A stretch of DNA of 64,000 bases, taken from positions 18,197,836-18,261,835 of the forward strand of contig OZ316893.1 of the NCBI GenBank assembly GCA_973895155.1, written 5' to 3'. The translations under genes were made by a program, and so were the position numbers. The notes beneath the pieces were generated by a model, which saw only the letters and a program-made list of their open reading frames with translations, had not been told where the DNA came from and did no database searches. Shown piece after piece: positions 35,291 through 47,497 of this stretch (position 1 is its first letter; each line of letters opens with the position of its first letter). Source of the stretch: Marsupella aquatica. Taxonomy: Eukaryota > Plantae > Marchantiophyta.

Positions 35291-37742
35291 TTGTCCTCTT
35301 CTGAGCAATCTCTTTTGGTTGCTCTTTTCTTTGATTGCATTGTACTTTACTTTTTGTGGCAGCTCCTTTGACTTTCATGGTCCCGGAGCTTATAATACAT
35401 TACCATTACCATTACCAAAGACCACGGTGGTTGATGCCAATGACTTCTACTCACTCCACCTATGCTAAAGAAAGATCCATGGAGTACAGGGAGATGTGTG
35501 GGGAACTTGCGCTCAACATCTTTGGGGAGGAGTTGGAGCAGGGACCTTTTCTCTAGAGGGAGATGTTGGAAAAACGCCGATTAGAAGAAGCGGTGGCTTT
35601 GGAGAGAAGAAAGAAGGACGAGGTCATCCGTTGGCTTAGGGCAAGGGAAGCCAAGGTGGAAGACCTGAAGGCGGCCAAGAAAGCCCAAGATGAGCTGTGG
35701 ATTAAGCGGCATGAGCTAAACATCATGCAGGGGCAATTGGATACCGCTCAGTCTGATAATCAGATTATCAAGGATAAACTGACTCAGACCCAGGGGGAGT
35801 TGGCCGATGCGGTCAAGGAAAGGGAGAAGTGGAAGCGGGAGCTGAGAAACGCAGAGGAGGCCCACATAGCAGCCAACAATCGGGCCATGGCGGAGACTCA
35901 GAGAAGGGAAAGGGCATTGAAGGGGGAACTCAAGGATATCCACGGAGCCCTTGAGCAGAAGGAGGCCGAATTAGGGAAATCCTATCAAGGGATTATTGTG
36001 CTGCGGCAGGAGCTTGCATCCCTGACGGCCAGCTTCAAGGCCGACCTGCGTGAGAAAGATGACTAGCTTGATCAGACTTATGCCAAAATGAATAAAATGG
36101 AGTCTGAGGTCGTAACGGAGCTTGACAAGGAGCTAAGAGCAACCCAGGAGGAGAGGGCTACATTAAAGGAGTTGGAGGAAGCCCAAAAAGAGTTGGAGGA
36201 AGCCCAGAAGGAGCTAGAGGAGGCGCGCAAGGACTTGGACGAAGTGCAGGAGGAGTTGGAGGAAAGCACGAGGAAGATGGAGAACTTACAGCGGCGAGCC
36301 GACAACCAAACGGAGCGGCTAAAGAAACAAGCCACAGTATTTAAGTGCTTGGCTTCATCAAGTCCAATTGGGGCAACCAAGTTGCCAGGAGTAGTATTGG
36401 CCGAAGGACAAGCCGCAATACTCGCACCGGTGCCGGAGATAAGTGGCAAGGGGAAGGGACCAGTTGCCGAAACAGGGAAGAAGAAGAAGCGGAAACCTTC
36501 TGGGTCAGGGAGTAATGCGGCTTCTCAAGCCATCGTGACCAAGGAGGTAAACCCGACACCAACCTCAGGCGGGATCACGGCAGAGGATCCAACTGCCCTA
36601 GAAGGCGGGGATGGCAGAGCCAAGGCCAAGACACTCAGTGATGAAGCCGGGGTACCGGATCCACCACTAGAGCATGCCGAGGAGACCGTAGCCGTATTAG
36701 AGGCCGTGGCCAATGCAGAGACCAAAGCCGAGGGTGGGCCTAGTCAGGCCAATGGAGAGTTGACTCGGTCCGGGGCAGGTAATCTATCAGAGGACGGACC
36801 TACGGCAGTGGCTGCGGAGGAAGCGTTGGGGGCGTCCATTGAGGACCAGCCACCGCTACCATGACGATGGTGGAGGGCCGCTCCTTTTAAGGAGGGCGGA
36901 CATGGAGGGAGGAGGCGTGAGTGGGCAGGGCGGGCTCAGATCTCCAAGTTTAGAATTAGGATCAGGACCAAGAGGCGGCCCTGACACTTAGATTAGTGGG
37001 ATTGCGGATCCACTAGTAAGAGCAACACTTGTGCTCCTGCCTCGTTGTACATAGGTAGATTACAGTTAGGTAGATTAGGCTTACACTGCAAGGAATTAGG
37101 CGGATCCACTGCCAGGATAAGTACCTGGCCTGCTTCTTTTGCAAGTTTTTAGTGCACCAGCAGGGCTGGGATCAAGTAGTAAAAGAAGCTCTCGGTTAGT
37201 TATACGGTGACCCGTGTGTATATTCATGTTTCCTCATGCCTAAGAGATGAATAGAGTTGGCCTCACGGCTTAGTTTGCAGATCTTGTGTATGAGAAGTAC
37301 TGTTTGTATGGCAAGTGCTTGGTATAACTCAATCAGAAGGAGTCATTTTGCTATTTGTGTGTCGCATTAACTTGTTTGAAGATTGCCCACATCAACCAAG
37401 AAGGGAGTAAGCAAGGTAGTAAGAGTTGGATGTGTCGAGCTGAGAGAGGTCTTAACGGCTTACCCAAGCCAGTTGGGGATCATTCCGGCGGCGGAATCCA
37501 AACATACCTAAAGGAAGACCAAGAGAGGAGGCCAAGGGAAGACATAGGAGAGGCCGGCTACGTATCTCATGACCCAATGAAGGATCTGTCCAATATATGT
37601 GTGTAAAATGTTAGTAGAGAGCTAGCACCGTCCCATGCCACTAAGCCGCGGAACCGGCCTCGTCAAGAGCGAAACCTGCGGGAATCGGCTTGTGCAGGGG
37701 GGTTTCTTGGGTTTAGGGAGCCATGGGACGCACCACAGTCTT

Positions 37743-39520
37743 CTTTCGAGTAGTTCATGAGATGGGTGTCTTGTGTTGCCTCTATCCCAAAAACATCCTC
37801 CTCGGAAAGAGATGAGATGAGCTCTATCATATTGAGCTCTTCTTCCTCCGAGGTCTCTGAATCATATTCCTCCGGCCCCTATGGTGTCTCTCCCTGATAG
37901 TCATCCAAGGCCCACGACACTTGCAGGGTGGGTGTCCCAAATTGCAGCTCTTTCTTTCCCCAATCCGTGACTACATTGCCCCCGTACAGCCATGGCCTCC
38001 CCAGCAGAACTGGATGAGAGGATGGTCTCACCGGCCTCATGACTAGGAAGTTGAGGTAGAACTCAACGCCCCCCACAAGAGTGAGCACCCTTGTGAGCGT
38101 GCCCAAGGGAAGGACCCGTGCCCCATTCGCCAATCGGATGGCTCGGGCCGTGGGTTGATACGTGAGATACCCCAGTTTGATCAACGTTTCTTCAATCATG
38201 ATGTTGACTCCCTCGCCGCCGTCGACCAGGACCATCTTGATGGTGCAATTGTTTATCTCAATAGATATGTCCGGCGCCCCAAGGTCTTTGCAGATCATGT
38301 TGCAATCTGCCGTCCCCACCCGGGGTAGCCGCCTTCGTCGTTGACCCGCGAGTAACTGCCTCAGTTGCTGTCAATACTGAGGGTTATTGTGCAGTAATTG
38401 CCCTACTATTGCCGTGACCGGGCAACTTTTCACGTCTTGCCGGATATCATAGTCCTCCTTCTTCTCTTCCTTGGGACGTTGTTGGGCTTCCTCCTGTCGC
38501 TTCTCCTGCTCTTGTCTTTGGGCGGCTTTGGCTGCTTTGATGTCCTTGTCGATAGCTTTCTAGTATTCGCGTGCTTCATAAGCCTCCAACTACTTCTTAA
38601 CCAATTCTTCGATGCGGGGGAAGAATAGCTTTGGGTAATCTCGCCGGTAATCGTCATCCTCCTCGGGGAAATTTCTATTGCTGGCTGCACCGGGGTAGTA
38701 TCTTGCTTTTTCTGACGCTTCTCTTCCTATTTCTCTTGCTTTTGTTTGGCCCAAGTCGACACACGGTAGCACTCGACTTCGTCCAACGGATTTGGGTGTT
38801 CCACCACATCCACCAGATTTACCCATTCCATGGTATCATCTTGCCATTCTACAACAATCATTTGTACGACAACATTGCTAGTAGCAGGACCTCCCAGGGC
38901 CGGCCTGGCTGCACTGGCTCGGGCAGCGATCACCAAGGGGCAATTGGCCGTGGAGTGGGCCTTAGTTTTGCAAACTTGACATAGTGGAGTGCCCCGGCCA
39001 TCTCCCTGCCGTCTTGGCTCGGTGCATTCCCTGACAAAGTGGCCCGGCTTCTCACAGTTGTAACAAACCGGGGATCGCCAAATCCCAGGTTTAGGAGGGA
39101 TGCTCGGGTTACAGATAACCTGGACATTCCTGCCATTGTTTGGGTAAGGGTAGGCCATCCTACCAGCTAAGTTGCGCGGACCCATCATGGAAATCTGGTA
39201 TACAGAACCCGGGGAGTCTTCGAAGAAGTACTCGGTGGACTCCGGTTCTGGTCCCGAGCTGTCAGCGTCCTCCAATTCCACCTGATGGACCCTATTCTTC
39301 CATCGTGGGCATTCTTGCACCATGTGCCCGGATTGGAAACACTTGGAGCACCATGCGTGTGCTCGGGTCTCGGAAGGTTTCTTTTTCTCCACGGGCTTGT
39401 CCGCAAGGTGTATCGATAGTGCTTTGAGACGATCTATAATTTCATTGAGCTTATCTGCTTTAGCGGCCTTCGGATCGGGTATCGTTCTTTGAACATGGGG
39501 TTTGATTTTCCCCTCCTTCT
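37743..39520 (-). pseudogene. gag: gag C-terminus and protease of element B
   Basis: Three CX2CX4HX4C knuckles. Protease LVDGGEGVNIM..LLGRPWL. Confidence 0.88.
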
Positions 39521-39784
39521 TCCTTTTAAACCATTTTATATTTTTATATATATATGAGCCACGAAAACCCCATGGCACGGGGAACAAGCAGTGTCACAGC
39601 AGTATACATAATGAATGCCTCGGTACAAGAGGACCCAAACAGCACAGCAGCGCTACCAATGGGATCAAAGATGTACACAGTCCACTGTAGCCCATAGGCT
39701 CAGTTTTTAATCCAAGATATCCAGTGTCAGTACCCCCCCCCCCGCTGAAGCAACAGGCAGCCCATCTCCAATCCTACATCACTG

Positions 39785-42700
39785 CTAGCCTGATGTAACC
39801 CAGATGTCCCTACGATTCAACCATACAATCCGTTCATTATTGATCATCTCCTTGGCTCTTAATAGCCTCGTCTTCTTGTTACAAGCAGGTAGAGCCAGTG
39901 CAATCGCCGAGACATGATCAGCTGCTTCGGATAGCATGAAGCAAAGGTCCAGTTTCCTGGTCCCAAGTGCCTGGAACATGTGCTCATTCCTGCCATTCCA
40001 TAGCATCCATAGTAGCTGATAAATCACAAACATATTCACAATCTTGCCTGGGTTCCGCCCTAAAGCAGAATCCATCACCCCAATCAGTCCAGCTGAGTAG
40101 TCCACATAAGAGCCACCAAAACAGTCAGCACATAGAGCCCAACATTTTTGGGCATGTGAACATTCCAGGAAGAGGTGAGGAATGGTCTCCCTAGACCCAG
40201 GACACAACTTGCACTCTCCATTGCCTTTGCCAATCTTGAGTGCGCGCGCCCCGGTGAACAGACCCGAAGCTATGATCCTCCACAAGAAAGTCTTGGCTCT
40301 CATTGCCAGTCCCGAGCTCCATATACCAGCCCAGCTCCCACTCCATTCTTCCGTTGTCCTGGACAGTCCCCACGTCCTATTCAGACTAGGGGTGTCACTG
40401 CACTCGGTCCGGAGCATCCCATATGCTCTTCCATTAGAGATACTAAAACTCTTCAAAGGATCCGAACTGTCCGCCCAACGCGTTGATCTGGGGCCAGGTT
40501 CAAATCCCCACTCACAGTAATTGGTGCATGTCAGTGCATCAATAAATGCCCTGCCCAGTATCCTCTGTTCCAGTGTGAATCCACGCAATAGCCCCCATCG
40601 CACAGTTCTCCATTCCTGCTTGTCCACAGACCAGAGGTCCTGCAGACACCTGATACCCAGTCTCCCACATAGCCTCGTAACAGCAGTCATATCCTCGTTG
40701 TTTCGCGCCTGGAATCCCTGCATGCACCTGACCATGTCACCTACAGCCCAGCGTCCTGGTACATGTTCCGTTGTGCTGTAAATCAAATTTGACCGAAGTA
40801 GTTCCCAAGCCTTCCAGAGTCCCCCTGTGTATGCCAGGCCATGCAGTGTGCGCGGCCAGCATAGTAGCATCTTATCTCGAAATGTGTAGTTGTTCCTCCT
40901 TACAATCTTAAAGTTGGTCCATCCAATCAGCTTCAGATTTTCGGAGGACAGGCACGCCCATTCCGATCCAGGGCAGTCTAGTGCCCCAGTAAACCATTTA
41001 GCAAGTAGTGCATCCGAGTGACTTCTGAACTCTTTTATGCCAAGTCCCCCCTCCCCCTTAGGGCGAGAGATGCGTGCCCAGGATACCAATGGTACTCTTC
41101 GGCCCCGTTCACTATTATAGCCCCACAGAAAATCTCTACATAATGCCGTCAGTTTCTTAGCCAGTGCTTTAGATGCCTTGAGAAACACTGAGTGATAGAT
41201 TGGAATTGCCTGTAAGATGTGTCTTACCAACAGTGTTCGGCCTGTGAATGTTAGTAGCTTGTTCGCCCAGGATGAGAGCCTTTGACCAATTTTGTCCAAG
41301 ACATAGTTGTGCAATTGTTCCGTCTTTAGATCCATCCCCAGTGGTGCCCCTAGGTATTTGCAGTTCACCCCTACCACTAATCACACACCCGGTGTCCTTG
41401 AGCCATTGCGGCATAATCGTCATTGCCAGTGGTATCACAATAGATTTCCGTAAGTTGAGGCGAGCCCCAGATGCCAGCTCATAACATTTTATCACCTCAG
41501 TTACCTGTTGGAAACTGCTCTCCTTTGCAGGGATGAACAGTCCCATATCATCCGCGAACAATCGGTAGCAAATAGTCAGTAGCTCCGATATCTGTATTCC
41601 CTCAAGTCTGCTTGCAGCTAGCTCCGCGTCCATGAAGTCCATTAGTGGTTGCGTTGAGATCACAAAGAGTAGAGGCGACAATGGACAGCCCTGTCGAACC
41701 CCCCGTTGGAGCCCAATATCCATTGACAACATTCCATTTAGGTGGACCCTTGATGTAGCGTGTTGCATCAGTGCCTGCACCAATTTGATGAAATTGCCAC
41801 TAATTCCGAGCAGGTGCATCGTTTCCCAAATATATCCCTGATCTACTTGATCAAACGCGAACGAAGTCCTGCTTGAGGAAGAGTGCCTCATAGTTCCTGT
41901 TTTTTGCCCAGTCAAAAGTCAGCCACACCAGTGAGATGTTTTCCAATATATTCCGGCCAGGTATAAACCCCGTTTGCTGCGGACTGATTAGCCGGGGCAG
42001 GATGCGGATCAGTCTAAGTGCCAAAATCTTGGCAATCAGCTTATATATTGTGTTCAACATAGTTAGTGGCCTCCAGTCCTTCAGCATCCTCTTATCCGCC
42101 TTCTTAGGAATGAGTTTGATAATCCTTTCTTTTATCCCACTCGCCAGCTTCCCTGTCAACCAAAATTCTTGTATCATTGCCACCAAGTCTGTTTGTATGA
42201 ACTCCCAGCATGCCTGGTACACTTCCGTAGATAGCCCATCAGGTCCGGGGGCCTTGTCCTTTGGGAGCCTCCATAGAACTTCTTTAATTTCAGAGTTAGT
42301 CGGCAGCTTCTCCAGCCTAGTGATTTCAGTTGCGGACAGGGCCGCCCGAGTGTGTCCAAGCAGTCAACTTTGTTCATTTAAGGAGACCATCCGCTCCTGA
42401 TGAGAGGGATCCCCAGGGGCATACAACTCCCAACATGTGCTTTCTACTTCCCTCATGATTTGTACTGGATCCGTGATCACCCTCCCATCTTCCAGCAGCA
42501 GGCTCTTCATTGCTTCCCGTTCTCTTTTTGCCTTCACAGTCTCAAAGTAAAAATGGGAGGGTTCATCATCCTCTCCCAACCATTTTATCCTCGCAAGTCG
42601 TCTTCCCCTATACGCCTCCTCTAGCTCTGTTGCATGTAGTAGATCTTCTGTATCAACATATTCCTTAAGTTCATTTTCGGAGTAATCTTCCATTATTGTT

Positions 42701-43696
42701 GTCTTCAGTACCCGAAGTTGATTCCTCAGCATCATCATTTCTTCCTCTCTTCTCTTAGGTGACCCTTGTTTTTCTATGTACATTTTATGCATGTTCCGGC
42801 TCGCCTTATCAAATGCTAGTAGTGGTTCGACACATTCCCCTTTTCCTGTAATCCATGCTGCCTGAAGTGCTTCCACTGTGCCTGCAATCTTTAGCAATGC
42901 CGGGTTTGCTTTAAAAAGTGTCATTCTCACCCGCAGGCTCTCCCCCCGCCCACTGTCTGTAAGTCGTAGACTTAGCACAACCGGATCATGGTCTGAGAGG
43001 GCCGAGCCTCCATCGTGCTCAAGCTTTACTATCTGGTTAATCCATTCCCCATTAGTGCTACAGTAGAATCGGTCCAACCGTGATTGCACCAGTATTCCAT
43101 TCCTACTCCGACGCCAAGTGTATCTGGCCCCCCTATCAATTCTTTGAAACAATATAGCATCCACCAGATTGAATCGTACCTTGAGGAATCTCCAAAATTC
43201 AGCCTCTCGTCCTCTGATCAAGGGCGAGTCCCCCGTAGAGTCCTCTCTTATTTCCGTCATATTGAAGTCCCCACATACTATCCAGTTGGTTGGGGGCAGT
43301 TGCAATTTGAGTTCATTCCATAAGATTGCTCGTCTCTTGGGAGAGTTAGGAGCATATACACTTGCAATTCCAAAATTACATTCCTCATACACTACCAGTG
43401 CCCATGCAGCTCTACCGAGATCCATCACTCCCGAACTCACAATTTTAATCGCAGGATGCAACAATAGTGATGTACCCCCCCCAGCCCTCATCAGGGGCAT
43501 ATGTTATAATCTGATATGATGGCAGTATCACCCGCATTGCCAAGTCCAGTCTGAACTGGTCCGCCTTGATTTCCTGCAAAGCCAAAATATCTATCCGTTC
43601 CTTTCTGGATTCAATCCAGTTCTTCACCGTATTTTTTCTGTTGGGCTCACATAGCCCACACACATTCCAGGAGGCCACCCTTAGCACCTCCCCCAT
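39785..43696 (-). pseudogene. L1 ORF2 (APE-RT-zf) with about 4 frameshifts
   Basis: Consecutive fragments 43445-43795, 42364-43500, 41851-42222, 41169-41915 and 39785-41377. Confidence 0.9.
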
Positions 43697-44063
43697 AGTG
43701 TCGCCTGGTCTCCCCCTTTCGTCAGTCTCAGATCTTAGATACGCACGCGCCCACCAGAAGGCGTACCTGAACCAGCACTCACACTCCTCCGGCAAGCCGG
43801 TGTTGCTAATCCAATTACTTCTGTCTCCTCCATTTGGTGGTCCACATTTAGCTCTGTAGGAGGCTCAGTTCTTCCCCAGTCCTCAGCCCCAGGAGTGTTT
43901 GCAATATCAACAGTCAATCCCTCTCTCACGTTCGCCAATATAGGCCTGCTCTCTACACCTGCATCAAGGACAGACGAGTGTGAGTGTGAGAATTTTAGTG
44001 ATCTTTGTTTTTTGGGCTCCTGTAACCCTCTGTCCTTCTTAGCCGCCGGCCCTAGGCCCTCAC

Positions 44064-45334
44064 TCTTACTATATTAAGTGAACCCCCCTGAGAACAGACA
44101 CCCCCCGTGTACCCCTTCTTAATATTTTTGTTCACAAAAACAAATCCCTTGTTAATGTAAAAACATTATTTTTTCCTATAAAAATTTATCCTTTTGTAAA
44201 TTATAACAGAGTTTTTCAAGGAATTAAAAAAACCCTTGAATTTTTAAAAATTGTAAATATCATATTGAAACATAAAAGATTCTATTTTGCAGAGGGGAAT
44301 ATTATGTTACACTGATGTTCACGGTACATATTTTATATAGATCATAACAAAATTAGTACTAAAGATTTATAGTTCTTCCTAGAGTATATGACTATAACTC
44401 AGGCAACTTGTAGACCTCATAGAGATAAACTGAACTAGTACAAAGGCATTATTATGCTATGCTATATCCTTGGAGGAATAATTGCATATATACTACTTAT
44501 GTAAACTCCAATTGCTAAATTATTCTATCTTGACTAAGAATGGTATGACATCAACCATTAACACCAAATGATAAGTAGAGTTTTTGGCAACTTCTTTCAT
44601 GCAACCTGACACATCAAACCACACATTAATCATATATATTCTAGACACAAAGTAATAATAATACAAAAAATGACTACTGAAAATTGTGGAGAGTAATACC
44701 ATCAAATCTCCTTTGGCTGAAATTGTTACTTAGACATGGTGGGTAATTTTCCTGCCATCTCTACAATCAAACAACTGTGAGCACCGGGTACCCCCCCCAA
44801 CCCAATGATCAAGGCTCGGATCAAGGGAGTACACCACCCCACACACAAACACACCTGGCCTCATACCTGGCCATTTGATTTGAGGGAATTCAAAAGTAAT
44901 CTTGTTTGTCTATGTGGGATTGATTCATGGGTCCCCATCAATCCCAGAACCCCAAAGGAGTTGGGCCCCAAAATCCTGGCCCAACATTTACTTAACTCCC
45001 AACTTAACACATGCGGGTAAACAAGTCTACCATGCAAGCCCATGAAACCAAACTTGCCTTAAGAGGATAAATAATTAAATGTCTGATTTACTATATGGAC
45101 ATGTGTGCCAATGAAGTGATGACATGTGTGCCAACCATATAGTGACACGTGTCCTTGGCATTTTAGGTACCCTTGCATAAGATTAATGTGACATGTATTT
45201 GATAAGAGCCTTATTACTAATATTGTGATGAATGTATATACATGGATGTTGCCTACTTTAAAAAATATTATAAAAATTAGTTTGCATTACATTAAAAATA
45301 CCCTTGCATTGTTCGCACGTCCTCCCTGCATTAG
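44064..45334 (+). mobile_element. AT-rich non-autonomous Helitron-like insertion in L1 ORF1
   Basis: 5' TCTTACTATATTAAG. 3' degenerate CCCTTGCA..GCACG hairpin then TTAG|T. No TSD. Sharp drop in GC content. Confidence 0.6.
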
Positions 45335-47497
45335 TAACGCTGAGGGCCCAGGGGCCGCCGGTGGGGTCCTCCTATCAAGCTTCCTGTCTCTTTCCTTCCC
45401 TTTGCTTGAGACATATGATTCATATTCAGACATCTCCACGTCCGTGTCCCCCAGGTATGAAGAGCCATTCCTCTCTGCACTTTCACTAAGTGAATCCACC
45501 GAAGCTACAGTCTCTTTCGTGGCCACTACCACCTCAATAGGTGTAAAACTCTCCGCCCTAGCATCCAGTGGAGAAGGTGGCAATGCCTCCATGGTAGATA
45601 TCTCAGTGGTCTCCTTCCTCAATGAAGGCTGCGTCTCCTTATTTGCTAAGTTTACTAGCACCTCCTGTCTAGAATTTATCAGCCCCGCCTGTTCAGGTTC
45701 AATCCGGGTGGATTCAGCTTCTGCCCTCATCAAGGATTCCACAGCAAATAGATCTGCTGTCACCGTATCGTCCTCCCTAGGGGCAGTTAGACCCGCGCCC
45801 ATTCTAACCTGCAGGTTCATAGCGAGTTGTGTTCTGAGTACCTCCTCTGGGTCCCTCTGGACCAAATCAAGACGGCCTTCATCACGGAATGGGGGATCTA
45901 TGTCTTCAATCGTATGCCGTTTGGACTCTGTAACGCACCAGCTATGTTCCAATGATTAATGGTGAACATTTTCCATGACTACTTGAGAAAGTTCATGGAA
46001 ATCTTCATTGATGACTTTGCAGTATTTGGGAAAGCATCGAAACATGCTAAATACCTAAGGAAGACCTTCATGAGATGCAGAGAGGTAGGTCTCAAGTTAC
46101 ACCCAGATAAATGTTTCTTTGGAGTAACAGAGGGTGTGCTGCTAGGGCACAAAGTATCGAAGAAGGGCATTGAGATCGACAAGGGTAAGCTAGCAGTATG
46201 GCTTGATATCATGCAACCTAAGAACATAAAGGATGTGCGATCCTTCTTGGGGTGCATTGGGTATTACCGCCGGTTCATCAAGGATTTTGCCAAGCTAGCT
46301 TTACCATTAACCAACATGCTCAAGGCAGGCACAGACTTTGAACCCGCACCAGAAAGAGTAACAGCTGTGGTGGAATTAAAGCAAAAGTTAGTGGAGGCCC
46401 CAGTCATGATAGCACCAGACTAGAACAAGGATTTTCATGTCTTCGTAGATATCTCAGGCTTCTGTATCGGCTCAGTACTAAGTCAGTTAGATGAGAAAGG
46501 AAGGGACCATCCCATATACTTTGCAAGCCGCCAGCTTGCCGATGCCGAACGGAACTACTCCACCACAGAAAGAGAAGCTTTAGGAGTCATTTATTCATGT
46601 AAAAAGTTTTGGCATTATTTGCTAGGGCACAAAGTAATCTTTCATACTGATCATGAAAGTTTGAAGTACCTAGTAAATAAGCCGGACCTTACAGGCAGGG
46701 TAGCAAGATGGGTTTTGTTATTACAGGAATTTGACTACGAGCTAAAAATCAAGCCGGGAAAGCTACACGCCAATGCCGACTTCTTTTCAAGGATCACAGG
46801 TGAACTTGCCACCGATTGCATCGATGACCAATTTCCCGACAAAGAGCTATTCGTTGTGGAAATAGCTGATACATGGTACCCTGAGATTTTGCAATTTCTC
46901 AGCACGTCCAGATTACAACCAGGGCTAACCCGAGAACAAGCCGCAGTCTTTCTGCGGAAGGTCAGACAGTATTAGTACATTAAGGGTGTGCTACACAGGT
47001 ATGGAATCAACGGCACGATTCAAAGGTGTTTGGAGAAGGGAGAGGTAAAACAATTCTTACGGGCTATGCATGGGGAGGAGGTTGGCGGACATTTTGCTCC
47101 AATAACCATGTCTAAAAAGATATTAAATGCCGGTTACTAGTGGCCCACCTTGCACAAAGATGTCTATCAGTTTATCAAACAATGCGATCCTTGTCAACGA
47201 GCGGGAGGACCAAGGGCGTCCACAAGGCATCCTCTGCACCCTATTCTACCTCTGGCACCATTCGAGAAGTGGGGTATTGATTTCATGGGACCTCTGAAAC
47301 CATTGACCCATCCTCGGAGAAACAAGTACATAATCCTGGCCACGGATTATGCAACTAAGTGGGTAGAGGCCAGGCCGATGACGAAGGATGATGCAATTAC
47401 AACGGCTCGATTCATGTATGAGCAGATCTTCACCAGGTATGGAGCACCCCTAGAATTAGTTAGTGATAGAGGAACCCATTTTCTGAATGATATAATT

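Larger units (their letters stand above)
31672..35415 (+). mobile_element. RTEX-like non-LTR retrotransposon, 5'-truncated in ORF1, with (CATTAC)3 tail and TSD CAAAG
   Basis: The empty site is visible in the paralogous LTR (GGGAACAAAGGCCGCGG, ~53191-53207). CAAAG at 31667-31671 and 35416-35420. Confidence 0.88.
29615..36864 (+). pseudogene. LTR-encoded accessory ORF of family A, interrupted by the LINE
   Basis: FMAGSGLEAFVKLPW..LLEFV..RVYG..IAEVFGLP, then a long coiled coil. Ends DQPPLP*. Confidence 0.8.
29275..37737 (+). mobile_element. Solo LTR of family A (~4.7 kb without the nested LINE), TSD GTCTT
   Basis: TGTGATGCC...GCACCACA. GTCTT at 29270-29274 and 37738-37742. Colinear with 51006-55517. 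Confidence 0.93.
8797..39523 (-). mobile_element. 5'-truncated Ty3/Gypsy element B hosting element C and solo LTR A
   Basis: 3' LTR 8797-12694, PPT at 12695-12707, pol 12695-15869, gag/protease 37743 to ~39520. Colinear once the two TSD-flanked inserts are removed. The right boundary is approximate. Confidence 0.85.
39524..45857 (-). mobile_element. L1-clade LINE (ORF1 3' part plus frameshifted ORF2), no TSD found
   Basis: SWNVCGL, GDFN, RLDRFY, SDH, QGCPLSP, FADD, zf-RVT CKLC..HLFLEC. G-run and A/T-rich 3' end. Boundaries are approximate. Confidence 0.9.

Noticed and set aside
45225-45959. 244-aa plus-strand ORF and 45287-45952(-) as genes
   Set aside because: Chimeric frames crossing the Helitron-like, L1 ORF1 and Gypsy RT junctions.
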